Below are positions 1 to 12,890 of a DNA stretch of 64,000 nucleotides, piece after piece. How positions within the stretch are numbered: the stretch's first letter is position 1; every line of letters begins with the position of its first letter. The position numbers and the translations under genes are program-made. A model generated the notes under the pieces. The model saw only the letters and a list, made by a program, of their open reading frames with translations. It was not told where the DNA came from and searched no databases. The stretch is from Takakia lepidozioides (taxonomy: Eukaryota > Plantae > Bryophyta). The stretch spans positions 40,114,001 to 40,178,000 of the forward strand of contig CM060734.1 in assembly GCA_030704615.1 (NCBI GenBank), read 5' to 3'.

Positions 1-3000
1 GTTTGAAACCTCAACTGCAGTTGATAGGCTTGATGCAGTTGGGTCTACTGTCTGAGGCATTGCTGCTAGACAAGTGGTTGCCGGAGCAGGGTGCAATTTA
101 GTCCCAGTTTCCTCTGCACTTCTCTGACCCCCCCCATCTGGCGAAGAGTCACCTCCATACACATCAGCAAAGTAATTTCAACAACACTAAAGCTTCTTAT
201 GCAAATTGTGTTGCTTCACTGCAGAGTACCCAAGCAAGATTGTCACACGGTTGCTTCAAACCCCCACAAGTAGGTGAGGGCAGAAAAGTGTTAGAGTTTG
301 AGTTCTGATACGTATGAGACCCTAGCAAAGTGCCCTGATGATCATGAAGTTATCAAGGTGTATTAACCTGCTCTCCAAAAGAACAAGAGTAACTGAAGCA
401 CACGTAATTTTGAAGAAGGCAGACAGATAGTCTGATTTAACACGAGTCTCCAAACCGGAATATATCTAGAAACAAGGTAGCCTGCCAGCAACATGGCCAA
501 CCCGCAAGAAGCTAGACAAACTTGGTGCATTCCAAACATATAGAGATGGTTGTCATTACAGAGGGGCAAAAGAAACAGAGTATGACAAGAATAGGGCTAA
601 CAGAATATGCGAAGTCGTGTGAGGAAATCACCTCTGGATGTACCCAAACAAGCAAGCGTCACCAAATCTTCTTCTGGCACTCTTCCCTTGCTGTGACAGC
701 CCCCCCAAAAACCCACATCAATGGCCCTACATAGAAACAGGCGTAAAGCATGACAACAAGAAGCAAAAGAGATTATGCAGTTCTTTGAGTTCTTGATAGG
801 ACATACATGAAAATAGACACACAGACAGAGAGGGGGCTAGATGACATCGTGCAAAAGACAGATAGCATGGCCAACTTACAGAATGGCCCCATACACAAGA
901 ATCTGAGCCCGCAACTGAGCCTGCTGAGCGGCAGAAGGAGCTTCTGACGAGGGTGCTGACTCGGTACTCAAGTCCACCGTTAAAACTGGCTCCCTGTCCT
1001 CACAAGTATGTCTATTTGTTGCACCTTGTGCAGCCACTACTTTCTTCACCAAAAAATCAGAAACCTGAGGAGGTTCAACTCCCAAACTGACAGACGGGGC
1101 TACATCCTCCTTGTTGCATGCATGACTCACTGTTGCATCAGGCATGCATCCATTCATTTCAATACATTGCGTTCTCTCCATTGGCGGCGGATGAATCTTG
1201 TCTAAAGCAACATTACTATCATCTACTGCGCTGGCCCCCCCCTCCCTGTCCTCTGCAGCAGGTTGCTTTCCATGAACAGCGACGGGGTCACTGCCCAAAG
1301 CATCAACCTCTTCAATCTCTTCCATCGACTCATTCTCAGAAGCTTGCCTTTCACCAACAGCAACAGGATCTGTTCTAACAACGGCAACACCCTTCTCTTT
1401 ATCAAATTCAACCAGGCTCTTTTGATGAACAGGAACGCGTGTCTCAGCATTGAAATTGATTCTCTGAACTCCACTACCCTCGCTTTGATCCACCTTTATT
1501 TTCTCAGACCCAGTAGGGTTCTCTAATTCAAATTTAGAAGGTGCAAAGCCCAATTCATGTGCTACTTGAGAGGTCCATACATTGGTTCCCAATGTAGAGA
1601 GCGGTTCTAGCTCTACCTCCAGAGCTTCCATGAGTCCTTCCAGCTGAATAGTTACTGGGTGACTGCCTCCTGTTGTGGTATCTTTTGCCACCAACCTGTT
1701 TCTTGTCTCTTGTCCATTCACTGCATCACAGGTATTAGTCTTTAATATGACCGGCTTCTCCAGTAGAAGCATAGAAGGTGCACCTCCTACTTGAAAGCTC
1801 CCTACATTCGCTTCACATTTTGAGAATGCTTCTGACCCTCCTTCCAGAGGGGGTGTCTTGGCATGGTGCCCAAAGACAGCATTCAACCACCAAAGTTCAG
1901 CATTGTTGACAGGTTCAAACACATTGAATAGATTTCACAAATTTTGATAAGCAGATCATTACCATAAAGAGTCCATATGGGAACCCCACATTACAGTGTC
2001 TTTTTGGTCCAGGATAAGAAACTGTACGAGACAGCAGCTGTGGATAGTGGGAAGACATTACCTGTTTCAGGAATGACAAAAACTGGAGACTGGATGTCTG
2101 GCTCCTTGGTAAGATGTGTCCCCGCCTCTGCTTTCCCTGTATGCGAGTCAGATGTCTTCATGTTCAAGTCATTGGCTTCATCTTTACTCCCTGATGCTGT
2201 AGACTTCCTTTGCAAAGTTGTAATCTTGTCAGCAACTGCAACTACACCTCTTGACTGCCCAGGTCCTCTCTCTTTCTCTAAAGATCCTGACAAACCCTGA
2301 ATAATTTCATCTTGAGGCCTCCCTACTCCAGTCCTGCCAGCAGAAGGCTCCCCTGCCATTAACTCCTCTGTATTACCCACTGGGAGAGTGCTCGACACCT
2401 TGGACAATATTTCAGGGACAGCAGAAGGAGAAGGTTCCTTAACAAAATTCACTGGCAGTTGTTGTCTTGTCACACCACATTGCATGGCACAGGAGTATCT
2501 GATTGACAGGCCTTCCACAGCCTCCTCAACTCCTCCTTCAACTCCCTTCAGTTGTGTCAAATCTTGCATTGATATTAGACCTTCCTGGGTCGAACCTTTC
2601 CCTGGAGACTGCACATTTGCCCCACTGCAAAGACGAACCTCCACCTCATCTCCACTTAATGGCCGAGTCGGAGAGCATTTTCGAGCAAAAGATTCCTTGA
2701 CAGAATCTACTGAACATAACTGAATGCCTGCCACATCACATTCCATACCAGAGGAGTCTCTGTTTGTCATGTCTTCCACTGAAAATACAACTCTTCCTTT
2801 ACTCCCTTCTTGTTCTGTCAAATCTTGTACTGCAATTCCAACTGCATTCATATCCTCCCCCTGTACCAAATCTTTCCATGAAGACTGCACACCTACTCCC
2901 AGAGAAAGTTGAAGCTCGACCCCATCTCCATCTAATGGCTTGGTCCTTGGAAACTGGAGTATCTCCCCGGCAACCCATCCTGATGGCTCTTGGAAAATGC

Positions 3001-3803
3001 TCAAACCATAACCAGACAGAACTTTACCCTTTCGAACTAAAGACACTTCATCTTCACAGCTACTGGTAATCATTTGACTTACTGAAACATCACCGTCAAT
3101 GCATTCCTTTTTAACTGCAACCCTGGAGTAAGGGAACAAAATATGAAAGGCAATTTCATAACAGAAACTTTGCGCAACGACCAAAAGTTGGGTTACAGCC
3201 CCGTCTTCCTGCATTACACCTCTCTCTGACACCAATACATGCAATTGCCCTCACACCTACATATTATTATCTGCTGTTTCAAATGGTAGAGTGAAGGTTA
3301 AAACAAGTAACTCAGCACAGAATAATGATAACTAAGGAGTAAAAGGAAAGACCCAGTAAGCTACAATTAGATGACAATAATACAACACAAGGAGGGAAGC
3401 AGGTAAGGAAAACCTATGTAAAGATTAGTCAGATACAGTCAAGCAATCATTAGCTGTTGGGGGGTTTTAGTGATACTCATTTGATCTGTTGAAATTAGCG
3501 AGCCCTTTGTTGAAGAAGGCCCAAATGCACAATTCCAGAAAGAAGAGACCACCAAACTTCCCATTGATCTACTGACATGATGAGTCACAGAGTTCAATAA
3601 TGAAATCTCCCTGCTAAACACCTCTGGCTCTCTGCTTTTCTATTAAGTCTGCCCACAGTGCCTCTGCTAGTGAGTATAGAGAAGACAGAAGATAACCTAG
3701 GGTCATCCTTGCTGGCACCATGTGCTTCATCCTCATCATCTTCATCCTCATCATCATCACCATAATCATATTGCAGTAGCTGCGCTACCAACCAATATAT
3801 CAC
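1..3803 (-). CDS. Large multi-exon low-complexity protein with a QLQ-like motif, possibly G2484-1/SWOLLEN1-like; continues beyond the left edge
   Basis: Long ORFs at 1991-3244 and 876-1922, the latter ending AQQAQLRAQILVYGAI at a GT donor. This resembles the QQVQLRAQIFVYG motif of SWO1/QLQ proteins. There is an acidic YDYGDDDED segment at ~3730-3775 and probable further exons at ~368-481 and ~1-157. The exon structure is not resolved and there is a frame change near 3600-3620. Confidence 0.45.
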
Positions 3804-6800
3804 ATGCTATAGGACCTGGCACCTCCAAAATCACACTGAAAGTGCGTACACACAAATAAATCTAGAACTAGCAATCCGCCATGCATCTCCCTGCCAACTG
3901 ACAATGGGACTAATGATGGCTGTTGTGTGTAGGAATGTGTAACAAATATCAATATAGCTGCATAGGAATCAACCTCACCTGCAGTAAAGTCATGTTAATA
4001 CGTTATTTATAAGACTTTTGAGGCTTCCGATCTATTGTAAACTGAAAAGTTTCCTCGTGCAGGCTTGGAGAAGTGACTTTTCTGCTCAGATCTCAAGTCT
4101 CTTTCCATTAGACTGGACCCATGCCAAGTGAGTCATGTGGGTATCCAGGAATGCCTTGGGTTTCGGCAAGTTTCACAACCAGACATTCTCTCCCATTACC
4201 GATTCAGATTGAGAACCCAAATCTCAGATCTTAACAACTGGATCAAATGCCATGGTCTTGAACTTGACAGATGACAAGACATCTAAATTTCGCACCTGCT
4301 CTCTTGTAGCATTGACGAATGAGCCTAACCTTCCCAAGCAAGAGGATTCGGTCTCTTTACAGAATGAAATTGCAAAAGCTCAGAATTTGGAAGTGCTCGA
4401 TGGCCTTGCCTTTCCGAATAAGACTTTACCTTCTCTATCAGCAGACGCCGTCTGTCTCGCTCATGCTCCATCTCCGGCCCGAATTTGACAGACTGATTAG
4501 CCTTACCCTTGGTTCCTGGGTGAGCCAATCCCAGGCATTCTGTTTTAGAAAGAGCCTAGAATTCTAGAATAAGGACCTCTCTCTATTTGTGCACTATTTC
4601 CCTCTGACCCACTACAATAACTTCATACTTCCACGAGATGGTCTGTGTCTTCAACGGACCCTAACACTATCCAAAACTAAAGAAGACAATTACAGAAACC
4701 CATTACTCTCGTGTCCCTAAAAAGCCTCGCTCCAAAACAGACCCTCCCTGCCCCCACGCTTTTTCAGACACGAGCAGTCTCCCACACATTGCAAGCCAAT
4801 TCTAGAGGTTTAGAATGCTATGGCAAATGGAAATATGCAAATGCCCTCCGCCTCATTCTCCACCCTTCTACAGGCACAAGCCTTCCAAACAGTGACACCA
4901 GAGTTGCAGAGCTTGGGTTGACACAAAGCCTGTAACCCACGAGTGTAGTTTCACAGATGTACCCGTGCTCCTCCCTCTTTTACTCTACAGACCTCACTCC
5001 ACCCAGGAACGACTCCTCTTACACTCTGTGACTGAACCTTGACATGAAACTGAAACTCCTCCGGGTGCCTACAACCAGCGCCCGATCCTGCTACAATTCC
5101 TCGCCATATCCAGCAATCTGTGCACCGAAATGTGAGAGACGATCACTCCATCTCTGCATCGTTCCATGCTCGGCTGGATCTCGAGGAGCTTGCACATGTC
5201 TCTCGGTTGCTTCGCTGCGGAGTGATCTGCAGAGACTCTCGTTCAGCCTTCGCTTTCAGTCGCCGGTCACCGGTCGATCCCGGTCGACCCGCTTCACCAC
5301 TTTACTCTTCAGTCACCGGTCCCCGCTCATTGCCGGTCGTCGCTCTGTGATATTAAGTAAAATCTGGAAATAAAGAACGGCCCGAACTTCAACTTAAACG
5401 TCTCACCTACACTAGGTACCCGATATAGGTAGGAATCCTAGGTCGTCCGCAATAGGCGTACCAAACGGCCGGCAGCTGAGTGCATAAGCATATTCTGGAA
5501 TGTATAACAGAATATACGATCTAATTGGATGGACGTATTTGAGTCTGGTCTGTCATGCATGTAGCAAGTTTTCGTCTTTTTGTTTGTAGAGGAACCACCA
5601 TGTTTGAGTTGCACATGTAACCTAAGCTTAGGTGCTTTGCATAGATTGGAAAATCGCGTGTGTTGAGGAAGAAATGGAAGGCTTTGCCATAAGTCGCATA
5701 ACTAAAAACCAGTTTGCATATGTAAAGAACTAGGGCTGATTTTTCTTTGTTAATTTATGCGCGTTATACTGCGTAACAGCCAGCCACACAGCCAGCCACA
5801 CGAGTACCGGTGCATTACACACATGTGTAATGCACATTTCTTTATCTTTACCTCCACAATCTTTTCTCACATGAAGCTACTAGCGGGGAGAAAGGATAAA
5901 GGACCGCTGAAAAGAAAAGATATCATCTTGCACGGGCTACCGCTGAAGTGCAAAGTATAGCGGAAAGTTCTTGCCTAAGGACTTCCCGTTGTTTAAGGGT
6001 GGGCCCGAGGGTGGCAGGAACTTTCCACTGCGCAAAAAATTGCTCACATGGTTCCAACCCTCTGACTAGTTGGCTTCACATCAACCGTAGATGATATGTC
6101 ATCCAAGGGACAAAATTGTGTTCCGCTAATCTCCCTATGGCAACGAGGTTCCAGAATTTCCATGCTCTTGCCCCCACTGGACGACTAGTTCCATGCCACT
6201 TGTGCCTCTTGGGGACTTCTGCTTCAAAATGCCGTAAAAAGTACAAGGGAAAATATAGACCAGGTTTTTACGTGAAGGAATTAAGCCGCTGAAGGCTGAA
6301 AACAGAAGCTAAGAAATGAACCGGAGAGGGACTAGAGGCCAGCAGCCTCACAACCAGGAGACCAAAGAAAAACCAAAGCGAAGGCTGAAGAGCAAAGGCA
6401 GCCAACCTACACAAGGCTAGCCAGCCTACACAAAGCCAGCGAAGAACTAAAGAGCCAGAACAAAAAGCAACCCCCTCAAGCCCAAGAGAGTGCTTTATTA
6501 GACCCATGTCTGTCATCTCAAAGCGTTTCTTGATCTCTTACCGTATCCATTGCAACTTCTTGTCATGGCCCTCCAGTAAGATAAACATCATCTACATACA
6601 GCATGAGTAGGACAATTTTCTCTCCTTCTCTGAAGTAATATAAGTTTCCATCCGAGTTCGTGCGCTTCAATCCTTGTTCTTGAAGGTAATTGTCTATTTT
6701 GGTGTACCAGGCACGCGTGCCTGACGAAGACCATACACACTACAACAGATCTCGGCTTTAACGTCTACCACATTTGCCCAGTCGTAGCATATATGTCTAC

Positions 6801-6992
6801 AAAATGCAAGGAGGCAGTCCTGGTTGCCATTTGTGACCACCAGAAGTCGTATATGCCACCTTGTACCTCCGCCACTCAGGATCTGCGGTCAAACACATTT
6901 GACCAGATAGGGGAAGATGGTAGATACGAGTAGGAGTTATGGCCAAAACTGCAACAGGATGACATGGGCATGGGAATGTATGACTGCCAGTA

Positions 6993-7702
6993 TTCACGAC
7001 TGCACGTGGCGATTACCGGTTGCCCAAGGAGTGTCTACGTGGACGATGCAAACATAAATGGATGAAACAGATGCAGGATGTGATTGCAAATGACGACATG
7101 TCAACATATCATTGCTCGCGGGCACTAAGCCACACCCTGTGAATGAAGGAATGAATGGATGAATGAATGATTAGGATGACTTAGGATAAGTGAACTAAGA
7201 TGAATTAGGATGAATGAACTAGGATGAATTAGGATGAATGTGCTTGAATTTAGGGTTGTTAGGTCGCATTGTTAAGTATGAGAATAATAAGAGTAAAAAC
7301 ATTTAAGTACTGTTTCACTGACCCAGCAGATTAACAGTAAACTAATCGACTGCTGGTTAAGGTTAGTGAAACAAAACAACTATATTATCTCAACGAATGA
7401 TACACAAACGCCTTGCTGACAACTACTGGATGAACGTATCAAACATAACTTTTGTGCACTGGATGAATGTATGAACGAATGATACAACAAACGCCTTGAT
7501 GACAACTATTGGATGAACATAGGAACAAATAATAATGCAAACGCTGAGCTGGCAGTATTGGATGAACTGACAATGAAACTCATTTAAAGATTCATGAAAT
7601 TAAAATGGCCAAAAAATGGAAAAACAAATGAATGGATGGATGTATTGATGGAAAACCCAAAATCCATCCATCTATCGCTACATTCATCCATCCAGTCGTG
7701 AG
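6993..7702. mobile_element. Non-autonomous TA-flanked MITE (Tc1/mariner-like) with GGATGAA-rich internal repeats
   Basis: TA|TTCACGACTG at 6991-7002 and CAGTCGTGAG|TA at 7693-7704 form a 10-bp TIR with one mismatch. The interior has GGATGAA tandem repeats (7140-7240) and a ~45-bp unit (aacgaatgatac..aaacgccttg.tgacaacta.tggatgaac) present 2-3 times at 7390-7570. Confidence 0.5.
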
Positions 7703-7935
7703 TAGAGGGGACTTAGCGTTTTTTTTTTCTCCCTTGTCATCTGTTTGTTTTCTTTGTGTCGAGTTTGATCGTGAGAGACGACAAACAAGGACGGAGCTGT
7801 GTTTGCTTTCTTATAGTGTCGAGTCTGAACATGAGAGACGTCGATCAGGGCGGAGCTATGTTTGTTTTGTTTTAGTGTCGAGTCTGATCATGAGAGACTA
7901 CGAGCGGAGTTGGTGGGATAGGGGGCGGACAGGGA

Positions 7936-8012
7936 CTCAAACCCTAGAATCAGGGCATGAAAATGTGGTGCACGATGTGGCCATTGACTACTATGGGAAG
8001 CGGCTGGCCACC
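7936..8012 (+). pseudogene. SEC13 N-terminal WD40 fragment
   Basis: QTLESGHENVVHDVAIDYYGKRLAT matches the Sec13 start (IETGHEDxVHDVxMDYYGKRxAT). Similarity stops abruptly after it. Confidence 0.7.
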
Positions 8013-8124
8013 TTCACGATGGACAACCGCAATCGCAAGGTGTGGCTTTTTCTCAATGTACAATGTGAAGAAGTTTGTCCATCTTGCAACAAAAGGCTTA
8101 AAGCCAAATGCGCTTGCGACCTAT

Positions 8125-9075
8125 GAGCAAGGGGTATTGCCCAACAAAGTCATGTTCATTTGCGTTCTCAATGCATGTGCGAGCCTGGCAGCCTTGGAAA
8201 AGGGGAAAGAGGTCCATGCTGCAATCGATGTTGGAACAGAGTCATATTTGAATCTGGAGAATACTCTCGTTCATATGTATGCCAAGTGTGGGGCTACAGC
8301 TGGTAGGTGGGGTAATCCCACAGAGGCGAGAGCAATGATGAAAGACAAAGGTGTCAGAAAGGAGGCAGGGCACAGCTGCATTGAGGTTGACAATCAGGTG
8401 CATAAGTTTACTTTGTGAATCGAGTGAATCTGATGCAAAGAGAAGGTGTGAAGGCAGATAAGGTCATTTTCTTGTGCATCTTGAATGCATGTTCCAGCCC
8501 ATTGTTGATAGAGCAAGACAAGTAGCTCCATGAGGGCATCATTAGAGTTGGATTTCAGTCAAATGTCAGTATGGGGAACGCCCTCGTCAACATGTATTGC
8601 AAATGCGGGGATGTGGAAGATGCACGGGAAATGTTTGCAATATTGCCCAAGCGCGATGTGATCACATGGAATGGGATGATGGCTGGATTAGCTCAGCCAG
8701 GTCATGCACAAGAGGCACTTGAACTATTGACAGTGCAGCAAAAGAATTCTACTGAGAAAATTCGCCCTTTAAAAACCCTACATGTGATGATAGTTGGACT
8801 CGGCAAGACTGCCAAGTCTGCTGAGGAGAGGGAAGCTCCTCAAGTGGGAAGTGTGCAACGGTAGTTAATGCCAGAATTTTGGTGCTTCAAGGACTGTCCC
8901 AATCACACCTGAAAGCCGCTGGAGAACAACTTGATCTTTTGGCGGCTGACTTAACTGAGTTCAAATATGAACAATGCAGCTCATAACAGTATGTAGCAGA
9001 GCTGGTCATTGTCAAAGAGGTGCATGGGGATATCATCAAAGCTGGAATTGTACCAAACGTCATTCTGAACATTGA
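8125..9075 (+). pseudogene. PLS-class PPR fragments, including an E/E+ remnant
   Basis: EQGVLPNKVMFICVLNACASLAALEKGKEVH..NTLVHMYAKCG is fused directly to AGRW..ARAMMKDKGVRKEAGHSCIEVDNQVHKF. A second block, MQREGVKADKVIFLCILNAC..*..GNALVNMYCKCGDVEDAREMF..RDVITWNGMMAG, has an internal stop. A third remnant KEVHGDIIKAG lies at ~9015. Confidence 0.8.
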
Positions 9076-9218
9076 ACTGACAGCTCTGGAAATGGGGAAA
9101 GAGGATCTTTCACAAGTTTCCACATCTGCGGCCACCAATAGTCCCTGGATATCAATTCCATTATTTTATTGAAGCCGAAATGTCCTGCAGCCGGAAGATC
9201 GTGACATGTTTGAAGAAT

Positions 9219-12217
9219 TCAAAGTCGTGTAGGTCCTAGAGGTACATAGAGAAGTCCCTTGAAATAAAGTAAGTCATCTTTGAACTCGAAGTCGTTTGTA
9301 ACATGTGGGTTGTCTCGAGATCGATTTAGTTGACTTCGCCGTAGCAAATTGGTCTCCTTTATGATCTCTGCATCGTCATAGGTGGACATAGATAGCATAT
9401 TCAATTGGAGATTTGCTAGTTTCAAGATGATGGATTTCTGTTGGTCAAAAGTTGCATCCCTTTCCTTTGACGCAAGATACGATCGTCGAGAAATAGCATT
9501 TGGTTTTCCTTGAAGATGTCTGGGACGGTAGATAATAACAAAATCAAACCTTATTAGTGACATACTTCATCTTGCTTGACGTTGATTCAAAACACGAGCA
9601 CTCATAAAATACTCGAGGTTTTGGTGATCGGTATAGTCAGTGACCTGATGTTGAGCTCCCTCCAATAGATGACGCCATTCCTCAAAAACATCGATGATCG
9701 CTAGAAATTCTTTGTCATGGATTTCATAATTGATCTCCGCAGCGGAAAATTTGTGAGAACGAAAACCAACAGGGTGAAGTCGGCCATCTGTACCGTATTG
9801 AGAGAGTACCGCGCCAAGTGCAAAATCCGATGCATCTGCTTCAAAAAAGAATGGTTTAGATGGGTCTGCATGTACCAGTATTGGAGCCATTGTAAATGCC
9901 TACTTCAGCTTTTCAAACGACTCAATATCAAGAAGTACCTTAGTTTGTTGTGGTTTTGATCGGAGTAGCATAAAATGCAAATATCGCGTCTTTCTTCGTA
10001 ACTCTCATGAAGGCTCTAGCTCCAAGAAACAGGGGTTGAATACCTTTGTACTTTTGCATTTTTGTCTCGCCGAAATTTTTCGTGATCGCCAGCCGATGTC
10101 AGGATTATGAAGTACAAACCAGGGAAGTCCAAGGATCACAAGATTCATTGAAGACTGGATGACATTGAAAACAATCTGTGATGCTTGATTTTGAAGCTTC
10201 ACTTTAAAGGGTCGAGTTTCATGGTCAATATTTCCGGATGCTAACGGTCGTCCATCGATGACTTCAACATGGGCCGAGAATTTCTTTCTTACGAGCATTA
10301 AATTGTGTTGCTTCACAAAGTCTTTGTCAATAAAACATGCTGAAGCGCTCGAGTCCAAAAGTGCTTTTACGTAGATATCTCGATATTGCATGCTGATCTT
10401 TATTGGAACTGTGAAACAAGGTACAGGGTCTGGAGGTAAAAAAAGACCTTTTTTTGGTAAGGAATTTGGGGTGTCCAGCCGCATGGTCCCTACTGTGACT
10501 GAATATCTTCGTTTTCCGACCTCCTCGTATCGATCACTTGAGTGGTGCCCCGAGCTTTGAATCTTCTCTTGTTGGGGCAGTTTAATGCCATGTGATCATC
10601 TTCGCCGCAATAAAGGCATAATCCATTCGAGCGCCGTCTTTGTTTTTCTTGTGGCGTCAATGGCTTGAATTGGACAGCATCAATCTGCATAGGATCATTA
10701 CTGGATGTCTGATGGATCGTTGTATTTGGTGCCATAGTAGCAGCGGCATGGTGCGTCGTCGACCATCCAGATCGCTTCTCTTGACGTCTTTCAAACAAAC
10801 GATTATCGCATGCAATAATTTGGGTGATGAATTCGTTAAGTGGACTCACGTTTGACATTGTCAGCAACAAATCTTTTACATCATCTTTTAGGCCACATCG
10901 AAACTGACTAATGAGGCTCTTCTCATTCCAGTCGAGATTGCACGCAAGTTGTCAAAATTCGGCAGCATAAACGGAAGCTGGACGTGCTCATTGTCAAAGA
11001 TTTTGTATCTTTGTCTCTGCAACTCTTTCTTTATCATTCTCTCCAAACGTTGTAGTGAACTCGGACATGAACACTTCAAAATTGTATAGTAAATGCGAAT
11101 TTTTCTCTAATAGCGGTGCAAACCAAGATAGGGCAGTGTCTGATAGAAAGGTACCCACGAATCCTACTTGAATACCTTCATCAGAATAACGTTGTGGATG
11201 TAGTCATAGGAACAATCGTATTTGTTGAACAAAACCGCGAAATCTTGATCTCGTCCTATCAAATTTCTCGGGCATGCTGGCCTTTGGTTCCATTGTAATC
11301 TGTTGAATATTTGGAGGAACCGTTGCAGTAGGATTTGTTGTAGTAGAGACTTGTAAGGTTGAAGATCCATTGTTCTACTCATTCAACTCTGAAATTTGTT
11401 GTTTGCAAATTGTTGAGAGCGTTGCCAAGGTTTTGAGACTGATCAGCTTGTAGTTGGGCAGTAGAGGCACGAAGTTCTAGCATCTGGAGTTAAAAGACTC
11501 TGCAATGTGGCAACCATTTCCGCAAATGTGTCTTCCATCTTAACTAACTAAGGAACAAACTTTAGTCTCGCCAAACTATCAAAGACGAGAATATGACTGA
11601 ACACAAACAAGAGATCAAACTAGAGGTACAAGACTAGACAAGAAGTCAAGGTCGGCGTGACCGAATGCATGGTGGGTAAACATGAATCAAAATAATCTTC
11701 ATAACAATGGACAAGAGTACAAGATACTGAAACTCGACTCGAATACTGGAATGCTGGAAACTGGACTGGGGTACCAAATGCTGGAAACTGGACTAGAGTA
11801 GTGGAAGCTGGATTGGAGTACTGGGACTGGGAATAAGAGTAGCTTGAACTTGTGTTGGCGAGACTGAAGAGTGTCCAGTCTCGTCTCCTATATATACTGG
11901 CTACTAAGAAACTTCCCTAAGAAGCTTCTCCTTTGGAGGTTTCTTGCTGGAGAAGTTTTCAAGATTAAACAAAGGTTTCTTGATGGAGAAGCTTCCTTAA
12001 ACAAATGAGGTATCTTGATAGAGAAGTTTCCTCCAAAATAAGTTTCCTGAGCAGTTTCCCAAATTATACTTGGTAATTTGGTAAACTCCCGATAACTTGA
12101 TAAGTAATGGTGAATCATGGTAAATCATGATAAGTCATGATAATTTCCGGTAATATGATAACTTAGTAACTTCTTGTATTTACTCCTGGTAAGTTCATTT
12201 GGGCTATGTCCGTGACA
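9219..12217 (-). mobile_element. Degenerate Ty3/Gypsy LTR retrotransposon (chromovirus/Tcn1-like): 5' LTR, gag, protease and RNase H; RT deleted; 3' truncated
   Basis: Gag starts at ATG 11538, with a zinc knuckle CLYCGEDDHMALNC (10490-10870). Protease motif ALLDSSASACFID (10005-10484). RNase H motifs EADASDFALGAVLSQ..NYEIHDKE (9567-9890). Linker FDFVIIYRP..GLLYVP (9219-9563). There are multiple stops and frameshifts. Confidence 0.92.
11577..12217 (-). repeat. 5' LTR of the Gypsy element (~640 bp)
   Basis: On the minus strand it begins TGTCACGGAC (12217) and ends GTCTTTGATA (11577), an imperfect terminal inverted repeat. It has TATATATA at 11889-11896 and tandem (ACTGG/GCTGGA) repeats at 11745-11830. 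The PBS follows after 2 nt. Confidence 0.7.
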
Positions 12218-12439
12218 ACCACTATCTCAATCTTATCATTGTGTTACAGATTATGCGTACTCTACAGGAGCTCTTACAGCTGGAACTTGTACCGAGACTT
12301 GTCCCCAGAGTTCTTCAAGAACAAATATCTATCAATGGCCTAAGTTTTGCAAAGCTGCATTGGAACTTATTGTTGGGCAATGGCTATAGTCTGAGGATGT
12401 CAAGCCCATTATGCTCTATAATCTACTCCCAGAATCAAT

Positions 12440-12890
12440 TTTCTGCGACGCCCCCAGGACGCCGGGGAATCGCAGCCCCGCAGCCCAGCGACGGCAGGGA
12501 ATCGAAAAAAAAAAAAAAAAAAAAAAAACGGATTTTTTTTTTATTTTATTTTTTCCGGGCATTGCGATTCCCTGCGAGCGCCCGGCCGTTGCAAGAACAT
12601 CGCTGGGCTGCGGTGCTGCGACGTCTTGTTGCGATTCCCCGGGGGCATCGCAGCAAATTGTTGCGACGCCAGGGCGTCGCAACCCCCCAATGCGTTGGTG
12701 GGGAATGGGATCAGGCCCCTTTCCGACGACGACATGGCATCGCAAGATGCCACAACGTCATCCGAGCGCCGGCGTTGCGACGCCGCGACGTCGCAAGTCT
12801 CGGGCCAGACGCCTGTGCGACGCTGCAGTCGTAGGGGGGTCAACACGTCCGGGGTCCTGGCGTCGCTAACCCCCCCTAAACGTAATAGTG
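12440..12890. mobile_element. CACTA-like transposon end inserted into the Copia RT start
   Basis: The Copia frame stops at WTLEDLPP and is followed on the minus strand by CACTATTACG (plus-strand TAGTG ending at 12890). Many subterminal TGCGACG/CGTCGCA repeats follow in both orientations. The other end was not confidently found. Confidence 0.5.

Noticed and set aside
5757-6790. Possible solo LTR
   Set aside because: No convincing TG..CA inverted termini or TSD were found.
7140-7570. Spaced direct repeats resembling a CRISPR array
   Set aside because: The context is eukaryotic, the units are degenerate and irregular, there are no cas genes, and they lie within a MITE-like element.
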